The notes under the pieces are model-generated. The model was not told the DNA's origin. It ran no database searches and saw nothing but the letters and a program-made list of their open reading frames with translations. A DNA stretch of 63,646 nucleotides from Hyphochytrium catenoides (Eukaryota; Protista; Hyphochytriomycota). The position numbers and the translations under genes are program-made. Location of the stretch: contig FLMG01001735.1 in NCBI GenBank assembly GCA_900088475.1, positions 1-63,646 on the forward strand. The letters are read 5' to 3'. Below, one piece after another: positions 12,901 through 23,969 of this stretch (its first letter is position 1; each line of letters begins with the position of its first letter).

Positions 12901-14315
12901 CCTGAACAAGAGTTGAAAGGACGACAGAGTGGATAAGCACCCATAAATGTATCTGGAGGTGGGACAAACCCACCACCACTGAGGGAAGAGGATCGTACCG
13001 GCAGATCGATCGTCAGATGACGTTTGATTGTTGTTGCTCTGTTCACTTTTCCCTAAGCTGTAGAAAGAGATTAACACGCATTCAGAGGAGTATCGAGAGG
13101 TTGTAAGTGTCATGGAAGGTGAAGAAGTTGGATTATCGAAGTGGCAGAGAAACAGGGAGGAAGGATCGATCTCCCTCGATGCATAGCACACGTTGGGCAT
13201 CCGTTGTACCCGTCAAGTGCTGATGACTTTGTCCTGGATTTCTCTCCTTCTCTCTCGTGCGCGCTTCCTCTCTCTGTGTCTCTTTCTCTCTCTCACCCTC
13301 TGTCTCTCTCTTCACCCCTCCTGCTTCTCTCTCTCCCTCATCTCACATTCGCTCTTCGTGGTCTGTGTCCCGTTATCTCTGTTTGCCTTTCTTACTGTTG
13401 AGCTGGCCCCTTCGTCGGTAACGTAGTCCCTCCTCCTCCTCCATTCTTTAAGGCCTTAAGTGCAACGCTATTTTCAACCTTTGCGCAGTCAGGCATATGA
13501 GAGGATGTGTAACTCTGACGCCTCGCCCGCCTTTCTCTCTCTGCAGCTTTCTTGGCATCAATATCCGCGGCTTTGAGAAAGAGAAAAGCCTTAGTAGGAG
13601 AAGAACATGGGGAACAGAGTGGGACAAAGTCGCTGAGCATTGGTGGCAATAAGGCGAAGAACAAGAAGAGACTGTCTGGAGAACAGGTCACAGAAAGCGG
13701 AACGAGACATTGTAGGATAGGCAGACAGAAGAAAACAAAAATGGCTCCAAGGAACCTATCTCCACATTGTACGGTTGCAGAGATAAGTCTAACCTCGAGA
13801 GCTAGACTCTTCAGCGTCCAATCGACGAACAAGCTTTGGCTTCTTCTGAAACCTAATCTCATAGTAATCTTCATAGTCCTGTTAGACGGCATAGGCATAG
13901 ACGGACGGTAGCGGAAGGCAAAGGTCCAGAGGATATACGGTTAGACAGAGTCTATAATGCATCCTAGGTCACCGTGCAAGAAGCAAGGGAAAGCACATAA
14001 TAATAGTGGACAAGCTCGACATTCTGCAACTCAGCTGTGCACCTGGATTATGCCCATAAGATCTATGTTGTCCGCCACGTCAAACTTTGACAAGGAAATG
14101 CCGGCCTCCTGTTGCAGCTTCTCAGCGGTCTCAATGTACCTGAACGCGCACGTCTTAGCGCTATTAACTTAAGGATTCATCTTAGGCACTAACCCTTGCT
14201 CAATGAAGTGGCCAAGCGCAAGGATGAGAATGTTCCTCTTGCGATCTACTAGCTTCTTTTCCTCAGCCAAACGGGCCTCATTTCTCGTTTTCAGGGCGAG
14301 CAATGTCGACGACAT
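9957..14315 (-). CDS. KATNAL2: Katanin p60 ATPase subunit A-like 2 (LisH + AAA ATPase), multi-exon
   Basis: N-terminus [63 protein letters not shown] (KATNAL2-type LisH). Walker [18 protein letters not shown] (~11845-11895); [29 protein letters not shown]; Walker B IFLDEID; [15 protein letters not shown]; [20 protein letters not shown]; [20 protein letters not shown]; C-terminus [11 protein letters not shown] (TAA 9959-9957). Confidence 0.93.
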
Positions 14316-14879
14316 TTCCTGGCTATTAACACTGGCATGGAGCTACCAATGAATCCCTTACCGTCTGGGCAGTGGAAGGACACAGCTCATCTAGCGTTAT
14401 GACGTCCAGCCATTGATCTCTATCTGTGACCGCAGCCTCTGACAGCCGATGAAGCTCAAAAAGCTTCAAAAAGGCACGAGAAACCTTGAGAAAGCTGTTA
14501 CCCATATAACCGGTAACGCTCTTTTTCGAGTTGATTAATCATTCATATGATCCTTACCATGGGGGGGTGCCGCTTGCTCTCAGCAGAAGCTATGGGTAAG
14601 ATTGGGTGAAATGATTATCGTTTAGATGATTGATTCTCTGTGTCACGTCTCACGTTGGCTTCACAAGATGAAGTTGCAGATGGAGCTCTTCTATCGCTCT
14701 TCTGAAGATCTGATACACTCTTTGTGATCATAGTGTTGGTGAAGATCCAATCTTCAATAGCAAGGAATCCATCCATCCTGATTTTGCCGCTGCTGCAGAC
14801 ACTTTCTCTGCCTCGCTTTCTTAGTGTGTGCGGCAGACCGTCGTCCTTGCGGGGATAGTAATGCGGTGAACGGAGCAAA
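14316..14879. promoter_or_regulatory. Divergent (head-to-head) promoter region between KATNAL2 and enoyl-CoA hydratase
   Basis: 564 bp between opposing start codons, free of microsatellites. Confidence 0.55.
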
Positions 14880-16614
14880 ATGGAGCTTCCGAAGTTTGAG
14901 GAAGTCTTGCTGTCGACTGATCGATCCGGCAAGATTCTGACTGTGACTATCAATCGAGAGAAGAAGCTTAATGCGCTCAACCACAAGGTAGCAGCGAGCC
15001 ACTGCGTCTTCCTCCGCGCTTAACCCTCATTCTCAAGACTGCATCTCGATCTCCTCCTACAACGCCCAATAGCCCTCCCCTCCTGAGAGGCTGGGAGGTT
15101 CCCACGTAAACCTAAGTGCATTTCCTCCTCCTTAAGGTTTCTCATGAATTGAATGAAGCTTGGAACTTCTTTGAGTCCACGCCATCATTGAGAGTGGCAA
15201 TTTTGACAGGAGCAGGAAAGAAAGCCTTCTCTGCCGGCGCAGGTGCCTACCTTGGGGAAACAGAAAAGAGTGGTTTTGTGAGGTCTGGGGAAGGAAGGAT
15301 CATGGCTGAGCGGAAGAAACAGTAGTTCCATGAGAAACATAGTACAGAGAAAGGAAACGTACTCAGAAAGTTTCAGAGCTGAAAAGGTGCACGACGTCTA
15401 ACACCTAATTGCAGATCTAGAGGAAGTCAGTCTTTCAGGCCCTTCTCGCGGTTCCTCATCGCTTATGGTTGAGGGTAACAATGGGTTGGGCGGTCTAGTT
15501 AACCGACGGACATGTTACAAGCCGGTCATTGCCGCTGTACAAGGTATCTATGTCCTGACCGGCTTAATCTTGTGTGGCAGTTGCCCTGACAATTTTGCGC
15601 GCGGATAGGGGTTGCTTTCGGCGGCGGGTTTGAGCAAGCTCTTGCCTGTGATATTATTATCGCATCAGAGAATGCAAAATTTGGTAAGCAATCCTGTGGT
15701 CGCTCTATCTACTTCCAGCGCCATCGCTTAACCTGCATAGTAGCCTCCGCCCACCTTGTCGTCCTATTTCTTGGGTCTGATAAGGGGATACAATCTTTCT
15801 GACTACCTCTCTACCAGGGCTTCCTGAGCCGAGGGTGGGCCTCGCAGCTCTTGCCGGTGGGCTGCACCGCCTTCCTAGGGCAATAGGTAGGCCGTTATTT
15901 CTCTGTCCTCCTGTTTCTCCGTTGTGGATGCCTTTCTTACATTGCTTACAACCTCCCTTTCCCAATGGCGTTTTAATAGGCTACCATAGAGCCATGGGAA
16001 TGATTCTGTCAGGAAAGCCCGTCAGTGCTGCTGAAGGATATAGACTGGGCTTCGTCAACGAAGTAGTACCTTCTGATCAGGTGTGTGTCTCTCTCTCTCG
16101 TCTACCTCTTTTTGTCCTCGAGACGATTGTCGCTCCTTCCACATTCTACCCTATCTGCTATCTGTACCTATCATTTCCCTTCCGTCCACACTAGCCCTGT
16201 AGTAGTATGGACAGTGGCCACCCAACGAGAAGCTTCCACTTTGTTCTTATGTGACGATTTCCCTCTTTGCCTCTTAACGAATTTCGTTTCTATGTCATCT
16301 CAACAACCAGGACGTCATGGAGAGAGCGCTGCACTGGGCGTCCTCGATTTTAGAGTGCTCTCCAGACTCCATTGAAGCCAGCAAGCAGGCAGTTCTGTTA
16401 GGTCTTCAAGAGACTGATCCCATCACGGCCTCCGAGAAGCAAAACAATTGGACCAAGGTCCATCATCGCCCAATCTGTTAAGCTCCAAATTGATGATTTA
16501 ACTAACGAGTCTATGCAGGTGAAGGAAATGCTAGAAGGGGAGAACCTATTAGTGGGAGCTACGGCCTTCGTCAGCAAAAGGCCGCCGAACTGGAAACTGA
16601 AGAGTTCTATATGA
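14880..16614 (+). CDS. Enoyl-CoA hydratase / crotonase family (CaiD-like), multi-exon, possible PTS1
   Basis: [138 protein letters not shown]; ends AFVSKRPPNWKLKSSI* (TGA 16612-16614). Confidence 0.92.
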
Positions 16615-17250
16615 GCTTGCAACTCATAAGTTAAGGTGAATGACCAGAGCTTCCGTCTTTCCCTGAGAGTAGGATCGAAGGTTGCCTTCATCTACGTAAT
16701 AAGGAGAGAGAGCACTCGGGATATTTTCAGAGGCTGCTGCGTGGACCCGAGCTCTCCGAGCTCTTCTCATAGAGCTCCTAGTGCCTCGAGAGTACATCTG
16801 CTTCCTATTCGGTGGTTATTATTCCTGGCAGCAGTGCAATTGTGTGCTCTCTTGCCCTACTGTGAAAACTCTTCAACAAGCAAAAGATACAGAGTTGAGA
16901 TAGTTGATAGGTCTGTCAAAAGTGGTGGTCGATTGATTTTGTCAGGTATAAAGTGAAATTTACTGACTTAATCAAGGACAAATTCTTGTCAACCAATGGA
17001 TGACTGTAAAGTTACAGGCGATTGTTGTCAATTATACTGGCTTTGTCACAGAGAACCATGGGAAGAAAGAATAAGAAATGGCCCCAATGATCTTGATGCT
17101 TCCATGATTGAGGACCAAGAGAGCAAGGCTGCCCAGCTTCCGCGCCGACCAGGATGTGCGGGCGGCTGTTGCTCGCTTGGCTTCTCTTTCTGCTGGCACT
17201 TTGGGTACAAAGCAGTTGGTCAGTGTGTGCTTGGTTCGCTAGTGGGAGAG

Positions 17251-18497
17251 ATGAGTGCCACCATTTCTCTTCCGGAGGCCCTTGAAGGAGGGAACAACTC
17301 GGAGGTGAAGGAGGCTGGGGAGATAGGGGCAACGGACAACAGGAAGGACCTAGAAGAGGATGCTCGAGTTAAAGAGGCCAAGGATGTAGCAAGCAAATGG
17401 GAAGCCATGGCGAAGGCACTCGAAGAGACCATCGTGCGAGAGCTTTCTGGCAGCGAGGGAGAGGAGATTCAGGTCTCCGAAGAAGAAAAGCAGTTCAGTA
17501 GGTTAAGGCTTGTGAGATAACTCTTGATAAGTCCGCCCCCTTAATGCTTTGGCCTTGCTCCTGCAGTACAATCTAAGGCATTGATCTACGAGCAGCTGAT
17601 AGAAGAGTATCCGCCTGCAGTTGGAAAGGCTCTTTCAAGAAAGGAAAGGACGGAGAGAGGACACGTTGGCACAGCTCTGGTTTATGGTAAGTCGTCCTTT
17701 ATACCCTTCGACAGAGTTAGGGGACAAGGTGATAACGTAGCGAGAGGTCAAGGACGGGGCCTTAAGACTGCGAAAAGTCAGTTTTTTTGGTAGAAGAGCT
17801 TAGGTGTCGTCTTCTTTGTGCGTTTAGGAGCACACTCCTGACCTTTCGATCGTCTTACCCTCCTTCGCTCGTCCCTATCTCTGCTCCCTTTTTCTTCCCT
17901 ATTTACTTCCCTTTCCCTCTCGAAGTCTATCATTTTTCTGAAATGTCTTGACCTCCTTCAGGAGAGATTAGCTTTCCCGCCTTCGCTACCGTCTTCTTAC
18001 GCCTGAAGAAGCTCTACGGTGCCATGCCCATCGCCGGCGGTGAGTTTTATGACCTCGGTTCAGGCACGGGGAAGCCGGTGTTTGCCGCAGCTCTTCTTCA
18101 TGACTTCGAAGCTTGTACTGGCATTGAAATCCTCGAAGGTCTCCATCAGGCTTCTAAGGATATCCAGAATCGGAAGTGGGCACCCATTGCTGAAAGCTTG
18201 GGGCTCTTCACAAAGCATCTGAGAATGAAGTTTGTCCTTGGGGACTGCACAAATCTTAGCGTCTGTGACTGGACAAAGGGGAGCCTTGTCTTCGCCAACT
18301 CAACTTGCTTTGACGGCGCCCTTCTCCGCAGTATAGCCCAGTGCGCAGAAAAGATGCGGCCAGGCTCTTTCTTTGTCAGCCTAACAAAGAAGCTGCCCAG
18401 TGAAGCCTTCGACCTCTTGGAGAGCAGAATGTATGAGATGAGCTGGGGGACTGCCACAGTGTTCATCCATCGGAGGCGTCAACCGCCGGCGACGTAG
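17251..18497 (+). CDS. DOT1-like SAM-dependent methyltransferase, 3 exons
   Basis: Spliced ALVY|GEISF; SAM motif FYDLGSGTGKPVFAAAL; CTGIEIL; LVFANSTCFD; MSWGTATVFIH. These match the DOT1 (PF08123)-type class I methyltransferase pattern. Confidence 0.8.
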
Positions 18498-20337
18498 AGA
18501 GTACACGGGGCTAATAGCACAGAAACGACTGACAGAATAAAGCCGTTAGGTGGGATCCGAGGGAGAGCGAACGAGTAGGCCGGCCAAGCTTTCTCGCTGC
18601 TTCACTGCCCATACATGCAGACCACCTTCCGGACCCGGCCAAAGGAGTGGAAGAGAAAGCAGCAACAGGGCTGCCTTAGAAGGACGGTAACCACATAACC
18701 TAAGCTTTGAACCCCTAGGCTTCAATTTTTTGCAGCTCTTGCATTAGCGCTTCCAATCCCTTCCTTTTGTCCTCCAACACGTCCCTCCACTTCTTTCTCG
18801 CAAGCTTCAGAAAGGCTGGTCTGCAGGTCCTAATTGAACCTTAAAAATCGATGTCAGAGGTCGTCGGCGAGGGACGGATGTGCACAGAAGTGGTCATAGA
18901 CGTAAGAGACGCCATCAAGAATGCCATCAAGAGTGCATCTGACGCTCAAAGAAGAAAGGAAAAGCGACATAGCACGTGAGATAGACTCTTTGCTAAGCGG
19001 TAGGGCATACCACGCACGAAGATACATATACCCAGAAGGCGTTGGACACGCTATATGGATAACGCAGATGGAAGGCACTGACGGCTGCGTCGGTACAGCC
19101 ATTCCTTACCGCACATCCTCCGAATCACGATCGTCACCTCGGCTGTCCCTATTTTCCTGCAGTAAAGCAACAGAACGCTGCGGAAGAGGGCAGCGTGCTC
19201 CCTCGAGCAACGGACGATCAGCAGCCCTGACTGTGGGTGCACAAGCTTGACTGGAATGGGAGGGAACGACGGTCAAGCTCAATTGACCCACGGAAACAGA
19301 GTGCCGATACCCCGCCCTACCTTGGAAGGAGTTGAGAACATGGGAGAACCCGAGATCTCCAAATGCTTTGGTCGCCGATTCCTTGAGGATACTGGTTAGT
19401 GTCTTTGGAATGACATCAACCGACTGAGCAAAGGATGATACCTTGACTGCTATTGAGAAAGCTTGCATGACGGAAGGAGCACCAGACTCTCCCGGCTGCT
19501 TGGCGTTCCATATGGACGTACCCGATCTGCTGTCTGTCTCAAGCAGTTCCACAATAAGATATCTGCAGGCATAAAGAGTTCATGTCTGTTCTTAGCGCCA
19601 GATCCAATCTCTTTCCATCCGGCTGCCCCCAGCGTGCCCTCACCTATTCTTGAACCTCACCATCGCGACACCGCATTGACCTCGCTGCCCTCAGTAGCGG
19701 CACGCTGTTCGACAATCGACAGTCGACCGTAGCCCTGTCGCCAAACCTGACCAATAGATTCACAGGACCACGTACAATAAGGTTATAAGAAAGGGCTGCA
19801 GAAGCTTCAGATAAACGGAGAGTGGGAGACGAGAAATCCAATAACCTTTACACAGAAAAACTCTTCTGATGAAGTGGTCTGTGTACCAGCGGCTCCACTC
19901 CTGGGGGAGGAGCAGAGAAATCATTCTTCAGCCTCTGGGGGAAGTCTGAGGATTAGGAGTTTCATGTCTCTTCTCTCTCGCTGTTCTCTCTCTCTCACCT
20001 CTCACACTCTGTCTCTGCCTCTCTCACCCCTTTATCACCTACTCTATACAGACTCTTTCTCTTTCTTGATCGCTCTCTGTCTCTCTCTCTCCGTTGACCT
20101 TCATCGCCCTTCTGGTCATCACTTTCCATTGCGGATCCTTTCTACAGAGTCTGTTCCCTCATTCTCTCTCTTGCTCGGCGCCTTTCCCAGTTTGCTTATA
20201 CTCTTCTTTGACCGCTGTGCTCCTTCTCTGCTTGACCTCTTCTCTCTCTTCTCTCTCGTCGAAGCAGAGGCAGATGATCTTACTGCCTCTCAAAGGGGAT
20301 AGTTGAAGAGCAGAGGAGAGGTTGACAGTCATTGTAG

Positions 20338-23131
20338 GTACAGGCTCACGGACAGAGAGAGCAACACCAAGAACAGTTCCAGCGAGGAGGACCGTACCGT
20401 CCTAGCCGTCCTCAGGCCCATGGGACACTAAGTTACGATGGGCACCAGCCTCTAAGAGACGGAACCGAGGCTCTCCAGGCAGTATAAGTGGACAAAGAGA
20501 ACGAATTCTGCCGCAGAAGAGGACCGAGAGGCAAAAGAAAAGAGAGAGAGTGGGGTTATAGATAGACAAGAGAAAGAGAGCAAGAAGAACGGACAAAGAA
20601 GCACCACCGTTCTTTTGCGATGGCGCAGCAGCGGCTGAACCCGTGGCAATTGGACCAGTTCCTGGATCAGACAGTGGAAGAGGTAGCAGCAAGTCGAGCA
20701 CCTCATTCTCTCTTTCTTTCGCTCTCTTCCTCTTTCCCTTCCTCTCTCTCTCCTATCTCCCTCTCTCTCTATATATATGTCTGCCTGTCTCTCTTCTCTT
20801 CCTCTTTCCTCTCCTTCACCTCTTTCTTCTGTGCCCAGACGGATGCTATTTTGATTGTGACTCTCTAAAATCCTCTCTTCTCCTGACCTCTTCCTCGTTG
20901 CTTTCTTGAGCTTTCGTCGGTTCAGACCTGCCACATGCTAACCACGCGTCCCCTTCCGATCCATTGTTCCCTGTTTCTCGCTCCACTCTACCTCTCTTTC
21001 TCACTGTCTGTTGGGTTAATCTTCCTCCTTTCACAGCGGCGCGCGCTGGCGCGTTCTTCTCTTCCTTCTACTCGCTGCCACTTGAAGCCGTCAGTGGGAC
21101 GCTTCTCTCAGGATGAGCCGGACTTGACCTTCCCAATCCCTGTAGGTTCTGTGCCAACAGCTGCGGTCCAGCTGCCGAGGTAAGATGACAATGACGAGAG
21201 AGGCGAAGATGTTAACGCTACATAGAGTGTGAGATGGTGAAGGAGAGAAAAAGGAGGCAGTGAGACAAGGATGGCGTGAGTGGGAGTTGAGGGCATGCAG
21301 CCGTGGGAGAGAAGAGATGCAGTGATGGACGGCCTGAACTCATCAGATGCTCCTCTGTCTCTTCAGTCCTGGCCTTGACTTGCTCCCGGAAGATGTTGAT
21401 AGGACGGATAGGAAGGTAGTCCGTGTTTTATTGCATCGTAGTACCCTTCTTTGGATGGCTTACTTTCTCTTTCTTCCTTTCCTTTTGTTTGTCTCAATCT
21501 CTCCTCCTCTGTTGCTCTCTCTTATCTCTCGTCGCCTTCTCTCTGTCTTTCTTCTTTACTTTCTCTCCTTCAATTCTGCATTGACCTCTCTCTTCCTTCT
21601 CGCCCTCTCTTCTCTCTCTCTTCCCCTCTTTCTCGTTGTTCGGCGGCCCCCTACTCACCATCCCGACCTACTCTTTGGCAGAAACTGGTCCTAAAGGAAC
21701 CTTTCTTTAGCAACCATCTCGTCCGTACCTGGACGGTGGAGGAAACATCGGCCCCTGAGGTAAAGACTGCAGCGTATCCTGTCTCCTCTCTTCCATTTCC
21801 TAGCTGGCAGTCTTTATAATCCACTCTTCTCCATTGGATTTCTTCGCCAGAACTTACTTTCTCTTCGGATTCGTTCACTTCCCTTTCTGTCTTTTCTTGT
21901 TAACTCTCTCTCTTCTGTCCCGGGGTGCGTGACTGGTCCTCGCTCCTCTCTCCCTCGGGACTGCTGCGGCCTAGTCCTAGCTTTTTTCTCCCTCCGATCG
22001 TATCGCACCTAACGATTGCCTCATAGGTGATGGCTAAGAACATGTCAACACTTCTGACGCCAGCCGAGCGACGGCAGAGGATGGAGTTTGAGAGAGACAA
22101 CCATCAGGCTTCGAAGTACCTACAAGGGACTGAGAGCCGTGAGAGGCGACGTGTACACCTCATGTTAGTCCCTTACGCAGGCTCTTCTACGTCTCCACCT
22201 GAGAGTCTCTTGAAGCAATGCCTCTACCTTACAGTTGGGCGCACTTTCTTGTCCTCTCTCTCTCTCTCTCTCTCTTTTCCTCTCCATCCCTCTTTCTGTC
22301 TGGGCTGCCCCTCTCTTCTTGTTAGTTCCCTCCTCTTCTGATTGTTCTCTGCTGTCTATCTTCTTACGGCCTGCTTTGTTCCTTACCTCTTTCATGCTCA
22401 GGCGCTCTCAGTATCCCAAGGGCATTCTGGGGTTGGACGGCCCTCGAGTGCCTGGCAGTGAGGTGTACAGTGAGCCCTCTAAGCAGCTCGAAGATAGAGC
22501 AGCACAGCTAGCCAGTCGACGACGAGCTCGGGCGGAGTCTTTGAGGCAGCAGACCAATGGTGTGGCCTCCAGAGGTTACGACGAGCTTGCATTTGACCCC
22601 AACGCGCAGCCTGAGAGATCTCCCAGCGTAAGAGATGCAGGAAAGCTTCTTCGTGAACTGCTGAGAGGAGAACGTCGCCCATATTCTCTAGTACTTTCCC
22701 TTAGCAGCCTAATCTCTGTGTCTTCCAAGTTACGGCTGATCCGTTCCCCCCACTTTCTTATCCCTTTACCGAGTTCACTCTCTCTATCTTCTACGCTCGC
22801 CTGTCGATTGCTAATCTCCTTGTTCTACCTCGTCACTCTCAGGGGATCAGGCCACTTTCCGCTATTCCCTCACTGCGGAGCTCGCGCCTGACGCAGCCCA
22901 CAGGACCACAGATCTTTCCTGATTTGTACCCGCTTCCTCCTTCGCGAAATTGCTCTTCTGCCAAGTGAGCACCTGCAGGAAGCCGAGAGACTCTAGCTTT
23001 GCTCATCCTCTACCACTGACTCCCTCATTGCTTCTCTACCTCCATCTGTCTATCTCTACCTCCTCTTTCATTCTCTTCTTCTCTCCTGCTATAATACTTT
23101 ATTTATGTCCACGCATGCGGATAGACATTAG
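20338..23131 (+). CDS. Uncharacterised multi-exon protein (5' end uncertain, may extend to ~18900-19350)
   Basis: In-phase exon chain with GT-AG ends and CT-rich introns: RLNPWQLDQFLDQTVEE | RRALARSS..VQLP | PGLDLLPEDVDRTDRK | KLVLKEPFFSNHLVRTWTVEETSAPE | VMAKNMSTLLTPAERRQRMEFERDNHQASKYLQ..HL | MRSQYPKGILGLDGPRVPGSEVY..| GIRPLSAIP..| KH*. No domain recognised. Confidence 0.6.
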
Positions 23132-23969
23132 AACGGGACTGAAGCCTTGGCATCCCAAAGTATTTCCTAAGCTTTCCCGTGACCGAAGAAACATTGAACA
23201 TTATGCCCCCATTTGATATCACCTTTTTAGCTGACTTCGACCATACTTCCTTGGCCGCTTTACTTTGGTCACGATTGAGCTTGTCTCTTCATCCATCGCT
23301 AACCAGTGAACCCATGTAGAGCCACTTTTCTGTCTATAGCCACCTTTCTGTCTTGGCCCTGTACAGCCATCTTTCTGTCTCTTCTCCCCTGAATCTGTCA
23401 GTCTCAGACCACCCCGAAGTTCCTCGAGTGCCCAATCTGTGAAGGTCCTCCTCCTATTTGATATCTACCACGGAGAATCACTTTCCCTAAATGAGAAAGA
23501 GGCGAGTGGATGTTAGCCCTTGGATGTAAAAACCCTGATTTGCGGGAGATCAGTGCGTAGTTTCTCCGCCCTTGCTCTTCATCGTTTGATAGCCCGTTGG
23601 TCTTGACTTGTGGTGCCGTTGGCTCTACCTCGAATCTTAGCGTCTAACACCCATCTATTTATTGTGAGAGACGCAAACTAAAGATAAGGACAATGATGTT
23701 GCACATTTCACACTTTACACTGTCTCTTTTTGGGCGGCTTTGTAATCGCGATGACATGGCAGCGTCGATCAACTAGCACCTACTTCTTCTTCACAGCACT
23801 TCTAAAAGAGAGATAGAGAGTGATGGAGGGCATATAGAGAAGAGGAAGGGCATTGCTGGCATTAGTCTAGCATCCGGACGCCTGAATGTAGAGAAAATTT
23901 CGGGTGGCGAGAAGAGCGGGAGGCCCCACCACCGAATCGTTTGCCCTGCCGGAGAAAGCAGAGAGGTTA

